Position numbers and translations under genes: made by a program
In this document: one piece after another, positions 42,501 to 57,100 of the stretch
Position numbering within the stretch: the first letter of the stretch is position 1
How the letters are laid out: each line of letters begins with the position of its first letter
Source: Octopus vulgaris
Lineage: Eukaryota
DNA length: 64,000 nucleotides
NCBI GenBank assembly: GCA_951406725.2
Contig: OX597816.1
Coordinates: forward strand, 9,548,001-9,612,000
Direction of reading: 5' to 3'
Notes under the pieces: generated by a model
The model's database searches: none
What the model was told of the DNA's origin: nothing
What the model saw: only the letters and a program-made list of their open reading frames with translations

Positions 42501-45500
42501 TGATTTTCAAACCTATTTATCTAATGTTTATTTATCGACAATGCCGTCCCCAGTCAAATTCCCTCACACCGCTTATTGTCACGTGTCCCTTGACCTCTCT
42601 CTCTAACTAACCCTATCTCTCTCTCGCTATGTTCCCCCCTTCCCATAACCATCATCGCCATGGTCCTCTATGCCCCCCCCCCCACTCCCCAAAACCATCA
42701 TCGCCATACATAAAAGAGCGATCGCATTTATCGTTAACCCCACTCGCTTCAAAATATCTAAAGAATACGCACAGATCATGAATGGCTAAAAGTTAAGTGA
42801 ATCGTTCAACCTCGCTACGACTACCTTCTTTCTTGCACTTATCCTTACTCTTTCTCTATTCTTCAATTTCCATCTCATTGTATTGTCCCTCATTCTTTCA
42901 GTATTCCCTCATTACCCTGTCTAGCTCAAACATTTTTTTCGTTTAGACTTGTCTCCAGGTTCATAGCCACTCTGATTTTTCAATTTTTCAATTTTTCGTT
43001 TAGTATTGTCTCCCGATTCATACTAACCCATTTGCTAGCTCACGATTAACAGAACCTCTTTACTCAGCTACGGTGTTATATTAGCTATCAATAATGATAT
43101 TCCCTCTGATTTTTCTGATTTTCAAACCTATTTATCTAATGTTTATTTATCGACAATGCCGTCCCCAGTCAAATTCCCTCACACCGCTTATTGTCACGTG
43201 TCCCTTGACCTCTCTCTCTAACTAACCCTATCTCTCTCTCTCGCTATGTTCCCCCCTTCCCATAACCATCATCGCCATGGTCCTCTATGCCCCCCCCACT
43301 CCCCAAAACCATCATCGCCATACATAAAAGAGCGATCGCATTTATCGTTAACCCCACTCGCTTCAAAATATCTAAAGAATACGCACAGATCATGAATGGC
43401 TAAAAGTTAAGTGAATCGTTCAACCTCGCTACGACTACCTTCTTTCTTGCACTTATCCTTACTCTTTCTCTATTCTTCAATTTCCATCTCATTGTATTGT
43501 CCCTCATTCTTTCAGTATTCCCTCATTACCCTGTCTAGCTCAAACATTTTTTTCGTTTAGACTTGTCTCCAGGTTCATAGCCACTCTGATTTTTCAATTT
43601 TTCAATTTTTCGTTTAGTATTGTCTCCCGATTCATACTAACCCATTTGCTAGCTCACGATTAACAGAACCTCTTTACTCAGCTACGGTGTTATATTAGCT
43701 ATCAATAATGATATTCCCTCTGATTTTTCTGATTTTCAAACCTATTTATCTAATGTTTATTTATCGACAATGCCGTCCCCAGTCAAATTCCCTCACACCG
43801 CTTATTGTCACGTGTCCCTTGACCTCTCTCTCTAACTAACCCTATCTCTCTCTCTCGCTATGTTCCCCCCTTCCCATAACCATCATCGCCATGGTCCTCT
43901 ATGCCCCCCCCCCACTCCCCAAAACCATCATCGCCATACATAAAAGAGCGATCGCATTTATCGTTAACCCCACTCGCTTCAAAATATCTAAAGAATACGC
44001 ACAGATCATGAATGGCTAAAAGTTAAGTGAATCGTTCAACCTCGCTACGACTACCTTCTTTCTTGCACTTATCCTTACTCTTTCTCTATTCTTCAATTTC
44101 CATCTCATTGTATTGTCCCTCATTCTTTCAGTATTCCCTCATTACCCTGTCTAGCTCAAACATTTTTTTCGTTTAGACTTGTCTCCAGGTTCATAGCCAC
44201 TCTGATTTTTCAATTTTTCAATTTTTCGTTTAGTATTGTCTCCCGATTCATACTAACCCATTTGCTAGCTCACGATTAACAGAACCTCTTTACTCAGCTA
44301 CGGTGTTATATTAGCTATCAATAATGATATTCCCTCTGATTTTTCTGATTTTCAAACCTATTTATCTAATGTTTATTTATCGACAATGCCGTCCCCAGTC
44401 AAATTCCCTCACACCGCTTATTGTCACGTGTCCCTTGACCTCTCTCTCTAACTAACCCTATCTCTCTCTCTCGCTATGTTCCCCCCTTCCCATAACCATC
44501 ATCGCCATGGTCCTCTATGCCCCCCCCACTCCCCAAAACCATCATCGCCATACATAAAAGAGCGATCGCATTTATCGTTAACCCCACTCGCTTCAAAATA
44601 TCTAAAGAATACGCACAGATCATGAATGGCTAAAAGTTAAGTGAATCGTTCAACCTCGCTACGACTACCTTCTTTCTTGCACTTATCCTTACTCTTTCTC
44701 TATTCTTCAATTTCCATCTCATTGTATTGTCCCTCATTCTTTCAGTATTCCCTCATTACCCTGTCTAGCTCAAACATTTTTTTCGTTTAGACTTGTCTCC
44801 AGGTTCATAGCCACTCTGATTTTTCAATTTTTCAATTTTTCGTTTAGTATTGTCTCCCGATTCATACTAACCCATTTGCTAGCTCACGATTAACAGAACC
44901 TCTTTACTCAGCTACGGTGTTATATTAGCTATCAATAATGATATTCCCTCTGATTTTTCTGATTTTCAAACCTATTTATCTAATGTTTATTTATCGACAA
45001 TGCCGTCCCCAGTCAAATTCCCTCACACCGCTTATTGTCACGTGTCCCTTGACCTCTCTCTCTAACTAACCCTATCTCTCTCTCGCTATGTTCCCCCCTT
45101 CCCATAACCATCATCGCCATGGTCCTCTGCCCCCCCCCACTCCCCAAAACCATCATCGCCATACATAAAAGAGCGATCGCATTTATCGTTAACCCCACTC
45201 GCTTCAAAATATCTAAAGAATACGCACAGATCATGAATGGCTAAAAGTTAAGTGAATCGTTCAACCTCGCTACGACTACCTTCTTTCTTGCACTTATCCT
45301 TACTCTTTCTCTATTCTTCAATTTCCATCTCATTGTATTGTCCCTCATTCTTTCAGTATTCCCTCATTACCCTGTCTAGCTCAAACATTTTTTTCGTTTA
45401 GACTTGTCTCCAGGTTCATAGCCACTCTGATTTTTCAATTTTTCAATTTTTCGTTTAGTATTGTCTCCCGATTCATACTAACCCATTTGCTAGCTCACGA

Positions 45501-48500
45501 TTAACAGAACCTCTTTACTCAGCTACGGTGTTATATTAGCTATCAATAATGATATTCCCTCTGATTTTTCTGATTTTCAAACCTATTTATCTAATGTTTA
45601 TTTATCGACAATGCCGTCCCCAGTCAAATTCCCTCACACCGCTTATTGTCACGTGTCCCTTGACCTCTCTCTCTAACTAACCCTATCTCTCTCTCTCGCT
45701 ATGTTCCCCCCTTCCCATAACCATCATCGCCATGGTCCTCTATGCCCCCCCCCCACTCCCCAAAACCATCATCGCCATACATAAAAGAGCGATCGCATTT
45801 ATCGTTAACCCCACTCGCTTCAAAATATCTAAAGAATACGCACAGATCATGAATGGCTAAAAGTTAAGTGAATCGTTCAACCTCGCTACGACTACCTTCT
45901 TTCTTGCACTTATCCTTACTCTTTCTCTATTCTTCAATTTCCATCTCATTGTATTGTCCCTCATTCTTTCAGTATTCCCTCATTACCCTGTCTAGCTCAA
46001 ACATTTTTTTCGTTTAGACTTGTCTCCAGGTTCATAGCCACTCTGATTTTTCAATTTTTCAATTTTTCGTTTAGTATTGTCTCCCGATTCATACTAACCC
46101 ATTTGCTAGCTCACGATTAACAGAACCTCTTTACTCAGCTACGGTGTTATATTAGCTATCAATAATGATATTCCCTCTGATTTTTCTGATTTTCAAACCT
46201 ATTTATCTAATGTTTATTTATCGACAATGCCGTCCCCAGTCAAATTCCCTCACACCGCTTATTGTCACGTGTCCCTTGACCTCTCTCTCTAACTAACCCT
46301 ATCTCTCTCTCTCGCTATGTTCCCCCCTTCCCATAACCATCATCGCCATGGTCCTCTATGCCCCCCCCCCACTCCCCAAAACCATCATCGCCATACATAA
46401 AAGAGCGATCGCATTTATCGTTAACCCCACTCGCTTCAAAATATCTAAAGAATACGCACAGATCATGAATGGCTAAAAGTTAAGTGAATCGTTCAACCTC
46501 GCTACGACTACCTTCTTTCTTGCACTTATCCTTACTCTTTCTCTATTCTTCAATTTCCATCTCATTGTATTGTCCCTCATTCTTTCAGTATTCCCTCATT
46601 ACCCTGTCTAGCTCAAACATTTTTTTCGTTTAGACTTGTCTCCAGGTTCATAGCCACTCTGATTTTTCAATTTTTCAATTTTTCGTTTAGTATTGTCTCC
46701 CGATTCATACTAACCCATTTGCTAGCTCACGATTAACAGAACCTCTTTACTCAGCTACGGTGTTATATTAGCTATCAATAATGATATTCCCTCTGATTTT
46801 TCTGATTTTCAAACCTATTTATCTAATGTTTATTTATCGACAATGCCGTCCCCAGTCAAATTCCCTCACACCGCTTATTGTCACGTGTCCCTTGACCTCT
46901 CTCTCTAACTAACCCTATCTCTCTCTCTCGCTATGTTCCCCCCTTCCCATAACCATCATCGCCATGGTCCTCTATGCCCCCCCCACTCCCCAAAACCATC
47001 ATCGCCATACATAAAAGAGCGATCGCATTTATCGTTAACCCCACTCGCTTCAAAATATCTAAAGAATACGCACAGATCATGAATGGCTAAAAGTTAAGTG
47101 AATCGTTCAACCTCGCTACGACTACCTTCTTTCTTGCACTTATCCTTACTCTTTCTCTATTCTTCAATTTCCATCTCATTGTATTGTCCCTCATTCTTTC
47201 AGTATTCCCTCATTACCCTGTCTAGCTCAAACATTTTTTTCGTTTAGACTTGTCTCCAGGTTCATAGCCACTCTGATTTTTCAATTTTTCAATTTTTCGT
47301 TTAGTATTGTCTCCCGATTCATACTAACCCATTTGCTAGCTCACGATTAACAGAACCTCTTTACTCAGCTACGGTGTTATATTAGCTATCAATAATGATA
47401 TTCCCTCTGATTTTTCTGATTTTCAAACCTATTTATCTAATGTTTATTTATCGACAATGCCGTCCCCAGTCAAATTCCCTCACACCGCTTATTGTCACGT
47501 GTCCCTTGACCTCTCTCTCTAACTAACCCTATCTCTCTCTCGCTATGTTCCCCCCTTCCCATAACCATCATCGCCATGGTCCTCTATGCCCCCCCCACTC
47601 CCCAAAACCATCATCGCCATACATAAAAGAGCGATCGCATTTATCGTTAACCCCACTCGCTTCAAAATATCTAAAGAATACGCACAGATCATGAATGGCT
47701 AAAAGTTAAGTGAATCGTTCAACCTCGCTACGACTACCTTCTTTCTTGCACTTATCCTTACTCTTTCTCTATTCTTCAATTTCCATCTCATTGTATTGTC
47801 CCTCATTCTTTCAGTATTCCCTCATTACCCTGTCTAGCTCAAACATTTTTTTCGTTTAGACTTGTCTCCAGGTTCATAGCCACTCTGATTTTTCAATTTT
47901 TCAATTTTTCGTTTAGTATTGTCTCCCGATTCATACTAACCCATTTGCTAGCTCACGATTAACAGAACCTCTTTACTCAGCTACGGTGTTATATTAGCTA
48001 TCAATAATGATATTCCCTCTGATTTTTCTGATTTTCAAACCTATTTATCTAATGTTTATTTATCGACAATGCCGTCCCCAGTCAAATTCCCTCACACCGC
48101 TTATTGTCACGTGTCCCTTGACCTCTCTCTCTAACTAACCCTATCTCTCTCTCGCTATGTTCCCCCCTTCCCATAACCATCATCGCCATGGTCCTCTATG
48201 CCCCCCCCACTCCCCAAAACCATCATCGCCATACATAAAAGAGCGATCGCATTTATCGTTAACCCCACTCGCTTCAAAATATCTAAAGAATACGCACAGA
48301 TCATGAATGGCTAAAAGTTAAGTGAATCGTTCAACCTCGCTACGACTACCTTCTTTCTTGCACTTATCCTTACTCTTTCTCTATTCTTCAATTTCCATCT
48401 CATTGTATTGTCCCTCATTCTTTCAGAGTATTCCCTCATTACCCTGTCTAGCTCAAACATTTTTTTCGTTTAGACTTGTCTCCAGGTTCATAGCCACTCT

Positions 48501-51500
48501 GATTTTTCAATTTTTCAATTTTTCGTTTAGTATTGTCTCCCGATTCATACTAACCCATTTGCTAGCTCACGATTAACAGAACCTCTTTACTCAGCTACGG
48601 TGTTATATTAGCTATCAATAATGATATTCCCTCTGATTTTTCTGATTTTCAAACCTATTTATCTAATGTTTATTTATCGACAATGCCGTCCCCAGTCAAA
48701 TTCCCTCACACCGCTTATTGTCACGTGTCCCTTGACCTCTCTCTCTAACTAACCCTATCTCTCTCTCTCGCTATGTTCCCCCCTTCCCATAACCATCATC
48801 GCCATGGTCCTCTATGCCCCCCCCCCCTCCCCAAAACCATCATCGCCATACATAAAAGAGCGATCGCATTTATCGTTAACCCCACTCGCTTCAAAATATC
48901 TAAAGAATACGCACAGATCATGAATGGCTAAAAGTTAAGTGAATCGTTCAACCTCGCTACGACTACCTTCTTTCTTGCACTTATCCTTACTCTTTCTCTA
49001 TTCTTCAATTTCCATCTCATTGTATTGTCCCTCATTCTTTCAGTATTCCCTCATTACCCTGTCTAGCTCAAACATTTTTTTCGTTTAGACTTGTCTCCAG
49101 GTTCATAGCCACTCTGATTTTTCAATTTTTCAATTTTTCGTTTAGTATTGTCTCCCGATTCATACTAACCCATTTGCTAGCTCACGATTAACAGAACCTC
49201 TTTACTCAGCTACGGTGTTATATTAGCTATCAATAATGATATTCCCTCTGATTTTTCTGATTTTCAAACCTATTTATCTAATGTTTATTTATCGACAATG
49301 CCGTCCCCAGTCAAATTCCCTCACACCGCTTATTGTCACGTGTCCCTTGACCTCTCTCTCTAACTAACCCTATCTCTCTCTCGCTATGTTCCCCCCTTCC
49401 CATAACCATCATCGCCATGGTCCTCTATGCCCCCCACTCCCCAAAACCATCATCGCCATACATAAAAGAGCGATCGCATTTATCGTTAACCCCACTCGCT
49501 TCAAAATATCTAAAGAATACGCACAGATCATGAATGGCTAAAAGTTAAGTGAATCGTTCAACCTCGCTACGACTACCTTCTTTCTTGCACTTATCCTTAC
49601 TCTTTCTCTATTCTTCAATTTCCATCTCATTGTATTGTCCCTCATTCTTTCAGTATTCCCTCATTACCCTGTCTAGCTCAAACATTTTTTTCGTTTAGAC
49701 TTGTCTCCAGGTTCATAGCCACTCTGATTTTTCAATTTTTCAATTTTTCGTTTAGTATTGTCTCCCGATTCATACTAACCCATTTGCTAGCTCACGATTA
49801 ACAGAACCTCTTTACTCAGCTACGGTGTTATATTAGCTATCAATAATGATATTCCCTCTGATTTTTCTGATTTTCAAACCTATTTATCTAATGTTTATTT
49901 ATCGACAATGCCGTCCCCAGTCAAATTCCCTCACACCGCTTATTGTCACGTGTCCCTTGACCTCTCTCTCTAACTAACCCTATCTCTCTCTCGCTATGTT
50001 CCCCCCTTCCCATAACCATCATCGCCATGGTCCTCTATGCCCCCCCCCCCACTCCCCAAAACCATCATCGCCATACATAAAAGAGCGATCGCATTTATCG
50101 TTAACCCCACTCGCTTCAAAATATCTAAAGAATACGCACAGATCATGAATGGCTAAAAGTTAAGTGAATCGTTCAACCTCGCTACGACTACCTTCTTTCT
50201 TGCACTTATCCTTACTCTTTCTCTATTCTTCAATTTCCATCTCATTGTATTGTCCCTCATTCTTTCAGTATTCCCTCATTACCCTGTCTAGCTCAAACAT
50301 TTTTTTCGTTTAGACTTGTCTCCAGGTTCATAGCCACTCTGATTTTTCAATTTTTCAATTTTTCGTTTAGTATTGTCTCCCGATTCATACTAACCCATTT
50401 GCTAGCTCACGATTAACAGAACCTCTTTACTCAGCTACGGTGTTATATTAGCTATCAATAATGATATTCCCTCTGATTTTTCTGATTTTCAAACCTATTT
50501 ATCTAATGTTTATTTATCGACAATGCCGTCCCCAGTCAAATTCCCTCACACCGCTTATTGTCACGTGTCCCTTGACCTCTCTCTCTAACTAACCCTATCT
50601 CTCTCTCGCTATGTTCCCCCTTCCCATAACCATCATCGCCATGGTCCTCTATCCCCCCCCCCACTCCCCAAAACCATCATCGCCATACATAAAAGAGCGA
50701 TCGCATTTATCGTTAACCCCACTCGCTTCAAAATATCTAAAGAATACGCACAGATCATGAATGGCTAAAAGTTAAGTGAATCGTTCAACCTCGCTACGAC
50801 TACCTTCTTTCTTGCACTTATCCTTACTCTTTCTCTATTCTTCAATTTCCATCTCATTGTATTGTCCCTCATTCTTTCAGTATTCCCTCATTACCCTGTC
50901 TAGCTCAAACATTTTTTTCGTTTAGACTTGTCTCCAGGTTCATAGCCACTCTGATTTTCAATTTTTCGTTTAGTATTGTCTCCCGATTCATACTAACCCA
51001 TTTGCTAGCTCACGATTAACAGAACCTCTTTACTCAGCTACGGTGTTATATTAGCTATCAATAATGATATTCCCTCTGATTTTTCTGATTTTCAAACCTA
51101 TTTATCTAATGTTTATTTATCGACAATGCCGTCCCCAGTCAAATTCCCTCACACCGCTTATTGTCACGTGTCCCTTGACCTCTCTCTCTAACTAACCCTA
51201 TCTCTCTCTCTCGCTATGTTCCCCCCTTCCCATAACCATCATCGCCATGGTCCTCTATGCCCCCCCCACTCCCCAAAACCATCATCGCCATACATAAAAG
51301 AGCGATCGCATTTATCGTTAACCCCACTCGCTTCAAAATATCTAAAGAATACGCACAGATCATGAATGGCTAAAAGTTAAGTGAATCGTTCAACCTCGCT
51401 ACGACTACCTTCTTTCTTGCACTTATCCTTACTCTTTCTCTATTCTTCAATTTCCATCTCATTGTATTGTCCCTCATTCTTTCAGTATTCCCTCATTACC

Positions 51501-54112
51501 CTGTCTAGCTCAAACATTTTTTTCGTTTAGACTTGTCTCCAGGTTCATAGCCACTCTGATTTTTCAATTTTTCAATTTTTCGTTTAGTATTGTCTCCCGA
51601 TTCATACTAACCCATTTGCTAGCTCACGATTAACAGAACCTCTTTACTCAGCTACGGTGTTATATTAGCTATCAATAATGATATTCCCTCTGATTTTTCT
51701 GATTTTCAAACCTATTTATCTAATGTTTATTTATCGACAATGCCGTCCCCAGTCAAATTCCCTCACACCGCTTATTGTCACGTGTCCCTTGACCTCTCTC
51801 TCTAACTAACCCTATCTCTCTCTCGCTATGTTCCCCCCTTCCCATAACCATCATCGCCATGGTCCTCTATGCCCCCCCCCACTCCCCAAAACCATCATCG
51901 CCATACATAAAAGAGCGATCGCATTTATCGTTAACCCCACTCGCTTCAAAATATCTAAAGAATACGCACAGATCATGAATGGCTAAAAGTTAAGTGAATC
52001 GTTCAACCTCGCTACGACTACCTTCTTTCTTGCACTTATCCTTACTCTTTCTCTATTCTTCAATTTCCATCTCATTGTATTGTCCCTCATTCTTTCAGTA
52101 TTCCCTCATTACCCTGTCTAGCTCAAACATTTTTTTCGTTTAGACTTGTCTCCAGGTTCATAGCCACTCTGATTTTTCAATTTTTCAATTTTTCGTTTAG
52201 TATTGTCTCCCGATTCATACTAACCCATTTGCTAGCTCACGATTAACAGAACCTCTTTACTCAGCTACGGTGTTATATTAGCTATCAATAATGATATTCC
52301 CTCTGATTTTTCTGATTTTTCAAACCTATTTATCTAATGTTTATTTATCGACAATGCCGTCCCCAGTCAAATTCCCTCACACCGCTTATTGTCACGTGTC
52401 CCTTGACCTCTCTCTCTAACTAACCCTATCTCTCTCTCTCGCTATGTTCCCCCCTTCCCATAACCATCATCGCCATGGTCCTCTATCCCCCCCCCCACTC
52501 CCCAAAACCATCATCGCCATACATAAAAGAGCGATCGCATTTATCGTTAACCCCACTCGCTTCAAAATATCTAAAGAATACGCACAGATCATGAATGGCT
52601 AAAAGTTAAGTGAATCGTTCAACCTCGCTACGACTACCTTCTTTCTTGCACTTATCCTTACTCTTTCTCTATTCTTCAATTTCCATCTCATTGTATTGTC
52701 CCTCATTCTTTCAGTATTCCCTCATTACCCTGTCTAGCTCAAACATTTTTTTCGTTTAGACTTGTCTCCAGGTTCATAGCCACTCTGATTTTTCAATTTT
52801 TCAATTTTTTCGTTTAGTATTGTCTCCCGATTCATACTAACCCATTTGCTAGCTCACGATTAACAGAACCTCTTTACTCAGCTACGGTGTTATATTAGCT
52901 ATCAATAATGATATTCCCTCTGATTTTTCTGATTTTCAAACCTATTTATCTAATGTTTATTTATCGACAATGCCGTCCCCAGTCAAATTCCCTCACACCG
53001 CTTATTGTCACGTGTCCCTTGACCTCTCTCTCTAACTAACCCTATCTCTCTCTCGCTATGTTCCCCCCTTCCCATAACCATCATCGCCATGGTCCTCTAT
53101 GCCCCCCCACTCCCCAAAACCATCATCGCCATACATAAAAGAGCGATCGCATTTATCGTTAACCCCACTCGCTTCAAAATATCTAAAGAATACGCACAGA
53201 TCATGAATGGCTAAAAGTTAAGTGAATCGTTCAACCTCGCTACGACTACCTTCTTTCTTGCACTTATCCTTACTCTTTCTCTATTCTTCAATTTCCATCT
53301 CATTGTATTGTCCCTCATTCTTTCAGTATTCCCTCATTACCCTGTCTAGCTCAAACATTTTTTTCGTTTAGACTTGTCTCCAGGTTCATAGCCACTCTGA
53401 TTTTTCAATTTTTCAATTTTTCGTTTAGTATTGTCTCCCGATTCATACTAACCCATTTGCTAGCTCACGATTAACAGAACCTCTTTACTCAGCTACGGTG
53501 TTATATTAGCTATCAATAATGATATTCCCTCTGATTTTTCTGATTTTCAAACCTATTTATCTAATGTTTATTTATCGACAATGCCGTCCCCAGTCAAATT
53601 CCCTCACACCGCTTATTGTCACGTGTCCCTTGACCTCTCTCTCTAACTAACCCTATCTCTCTCTCGCTATGTTCCCCCCTTCCCATAACCATCATCGCCA
53701 TGGTCCTCTATGCCCCCCCCACTCCCCAAAACCATCATCGCCATACATAAAAGAGCGATCGCATTTATCGTTAACCCCACTCGCTTCAAAATATCTAAAG
53801 AATACGCACAGATCATGAATGGCTAAAAGTTAAGTGAATCGTTCAACCTCGCTACGACTACCTTCTTTCTTGCACTTATCCTTACTCTTTCTCTATTCTT
53901 CAATTTCCATCTCATTGTATTGTCCCTCATTCTTTCAGTATTCCCTCATTACCCTGTCTAGCTCAAACATTTTTTTCGTTTAGACTTGTCTCCAGGTTCA
54001 TAGCCACTCTGATTTTTCAATTTTTCAATTTTTCGTTTAGTATTGTCTCCCGATTCATACTAACCCATTTGCTAGCTCACGATTAACAGAACCTCTTTAC
54101 TCAGCTACGGTG
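39558..54112 (+). repeat. Tandem array of a ~613 bp monomer, 23 full copies plus a ~445 bp partial copy, abutting the LINE 5' end
   Basis: The unit start TATGTTCCCCC occurs at 39558, 40171, 40788, 41402, 42016, 42628, 43245, 43859, 44475, 45087, 45700, 46316, 46932, 47544, 48156, 48772, 49385, 49995, 50610, 51215, 51827, 52443, 53057 and 53668. The last unit breaks off at CAGCTACGGTG (54112). Confidence 0.98.
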
Positions 54113-57100
54113 CACCCGCCCTCCCACCCCCACCACGCATGCCGGAAGTTCCTATTCTCTTCCATTCCGGGGTTGCTTCCCATGAAGACTGCAAATGCTC
54201 TCACCATCCCTACCCCTCCCTACCCCTAGTCTCGACCTATGTAAGGTAATGTTCATACAGTGCAAAATATGAAAGGCTAGCGTTATGCAGGTTGTACTGA
54301 AGGCTACTTTACTACTTCATTTTTTGCACATGAATTCTGCCAAATGCGAGCTTTCTTTTCAGGTACACGAAGCTACTGTCCACCGTCCCAGGGTCTCTAG
54401 AGCCCATGCCTTCCACACCCTCAGGGTTGGCACCCTCAACGTTGGCACTCTGAAAGGTAGGTCTGGTGAGATAGTCGAGATGCTTGAACGGAGATGTGTG
54501 GATATATGTTGCATGCAAGAAATAAGGTGGAGAGGAGGATCAGCTAGGTTCCTCACAGGCAAGGAACGCAGGTACAAGATTTTCTGGGCAGGGAATACTG
54601 ACGGGGTTGGTGGCGTGGGTATACTTATCGCTGAGAAATGGGTAGATAAAGTAATTGAGGTAATCAGAGTAAGTGACAGAATACTTAAGATTAGATTAGT
54701 GCTTCATCATAGTTTAGCAACCATTATATCAGCCTATGCTCCTCAGTCGGGGCTACCCGATGGACAGAAAGACCGATTCTATGACACTCTACTGCAGACT
54801 ACCTCATTGACGAACGACAGAGACCTTATCTTTGTGGCTGGTGACTTCAATGGTCACGTTGGACGACATGCTGGGGGCTTCCATGGCGTACATGGAGGCT
54901 ACGGCTATGGCTCCCGCAACGAGGAGGGAACCAGGCTGCTGGAGTTCTGCGATGCAAATAATCTTATGATTTGCAACACTAACTTCAGGAAACCTACCAG
55001 CCACCTAGTCACTTACCAATCGGGCCAACATACCAGCCAAATTGACTACATCCTTACAAGGCAAAGGGAGAGATGGCTGCTTATAAATGCCAAAACCTTC
55101 CCAGGTGAAGAATGTACCCCACAACATAGACTGGTAGTTAGTGACTTTAGGATCAGGACTAGGAGGACAACCAGAAGACGACAAATATGGAGAAGAAGGA
55201 TCTGGAAGCTTAAAGATCCTGCAAATGGACAGAGATTTAGGGACATATTACTTGAAGCCTCTGACGAAGTAGAAGGGGATAGAGCATCACAGGGGGTAGA
55301 AGACAGCTGGACGTTTCTAAGGGACAACCTGCTGAGAGCCACTGACCAGATCTGTGGCTGGTGCAAAGTCCCCTCTCGACCTAGAATAACGTGGTGGTGG
55401 AACAATATTGTAGACAGGGCTATTAGAGAAAAGAGACAGGCTTGGAAGGTCTGGAAAAATGGGGGTAGCAGGGAATTGTATCAGACTGCCAAAAGAGAAG
55501 CTAGGAGACAGGTTTATTTAGCCAGAGGGGAAGCAGATAAGAAAAAATTTGCCAATGTTCTGCGCCGTGAGGACCAAAGACTGGAGGTGTTTCGTGTTGC
55601 AAGACAGTGTGTGAGAGAGAATCGTGATGTGGTAGGAGAGAAGTGTGTTCGCATGGAAGATGGTTCACTTGCGCTAAATGAGGATGCAAAGAGAGAGGTT
55701 TGGAGATGCCACTATGAAAGGTTGCTGAATGAAGAAAATGAATGGGATAAAGAGAGTCTGCCGAATGTTGACCCAACAGAGGGACCAGCTATCCGAGTTG
55801 ATAGTTCTGTGGTAGCTAAGGCAATTAGAAGCATGAAGACAGGGAAAGCCCCAGGCCCATCAGGAATCACTGCAGAGATGCTCAAAATGTCTGGTAGTGT
55901 CGGCTATAGCCTAGTCACCCATATAGTTAATCAGGTGATACACAAAGGGGTCATACCCAATGACTGGTGTAGCAGTATAATAGTCAACTGCTACAAAGGT
56001 AAAGGTGATGCCCTAGATACAAACAACTACAGAGGTATCAAGCTGTTGGACCAGGTGATGAAGGTTACGGAGAGGGTCATAGCCCAACTAATTAGAGAGA
56101 GAGTTAGTTTAGATGAGATGCAGTTTGGGTTTGTGCCAGGGAAAAGTACTACTGATGCTATATTCCTGGTAAGGCAGCTGCAGGAGAAATACCTAGCCAA
56201 AGATAAGCCCCTGTACCTGGCTTTTGTTGACATGGAGAAAGCCTTCGACAGGGTCCCCCGATCCCTTATCTGGTGGGCAATGAGAAAACTAGGGATAGAT
56301 GAATGGTTAGTGAGAGCTGTGCGGGCCATGTATAGGGACGCCGCTAGTAGGGTGAGGGTTGGAAATGAGTACAGTGAAGAATTCCGGGTAGAGGTAGGGG
56401 TCCACCAAGGCTCAGTACTCAGCCCCCTCCTATTTATCATAGTCCTCCAGGCAATAACGGAGGAATTCAAGACAGGATGCCCTTGGGAGCTCCTCTATGC
56501 TGATGACCTTGCTCTAATTGCTGAGTCGCTATCAGAACTGGAGGAGAAGTTTCAGGTGTGGAAACAAGGATTAGAATCGAAGGGCCTCAGAGTCAATCTA
56601 GCTAAAACCAAAGTCGTAATCAGTAGGAAGGTAGACAAATCACAAACACCTTCAGGTAGATGGCCCTGCTCGATCTGTAGAAAAGGTGTAGGTAGAAACT
56701 CTATAAGATGCACCAAGTGTAAGCTATGGACACATAAGAGATGCAGCAATGTCAAAGGAAGGCTAACTAGGAAGATGGTTTTTGTATGTGGCAGATGCTC
56801 AGGAACAATAAACACTGAAAATGCTCTGAGACCAACTTCTGTCACTTTCCAGGGAGAAAAACTAGAAATAGTTGATAGTTTCCGTTACCTAGGTGACCAA
56901 GTCAGCAGCGGGGGCGGGTGTGCTGAAAGTGTAACTGCTAGAGTAAGAATAGCTTGGGCAAAGTTCAGAGAGCTCTTACCTCTGCTGGTGACAAAAGGCC
57001 TCTCGCACAGAGTGAAAGGCAGACTGTATGATGCGTGTGTACGAACAGCCATGCTACATGGCAGTGAAACATGGGCCGTGACTGCTGAGGATATGCGTAA

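Noticed and set aside
48322-48576. 84-aa hydrophobic ORF in the array (and the 73-aa ORF at 45013-45234)
   Set aside because: Each exists in only one unit, created by a private 2 bp indel; the other units have stops.
39558-54112. CRISPR-like or spacer-bearing array next to an RT
   Set aside because: Units are identical end to end with no variable spacers, and the context is eukaryotic.
39585-54240. HDV-like or hammerhead ribozyme in the monomer or tether (HDV-like ribozymes are known in some RTE 5' UTRs)
   Set aside because: No CTGANGA on either strand of the monomer, and I could not assemble an HDV nested pseudoknot by eye; a descriptor search is needed to exclude it fully.
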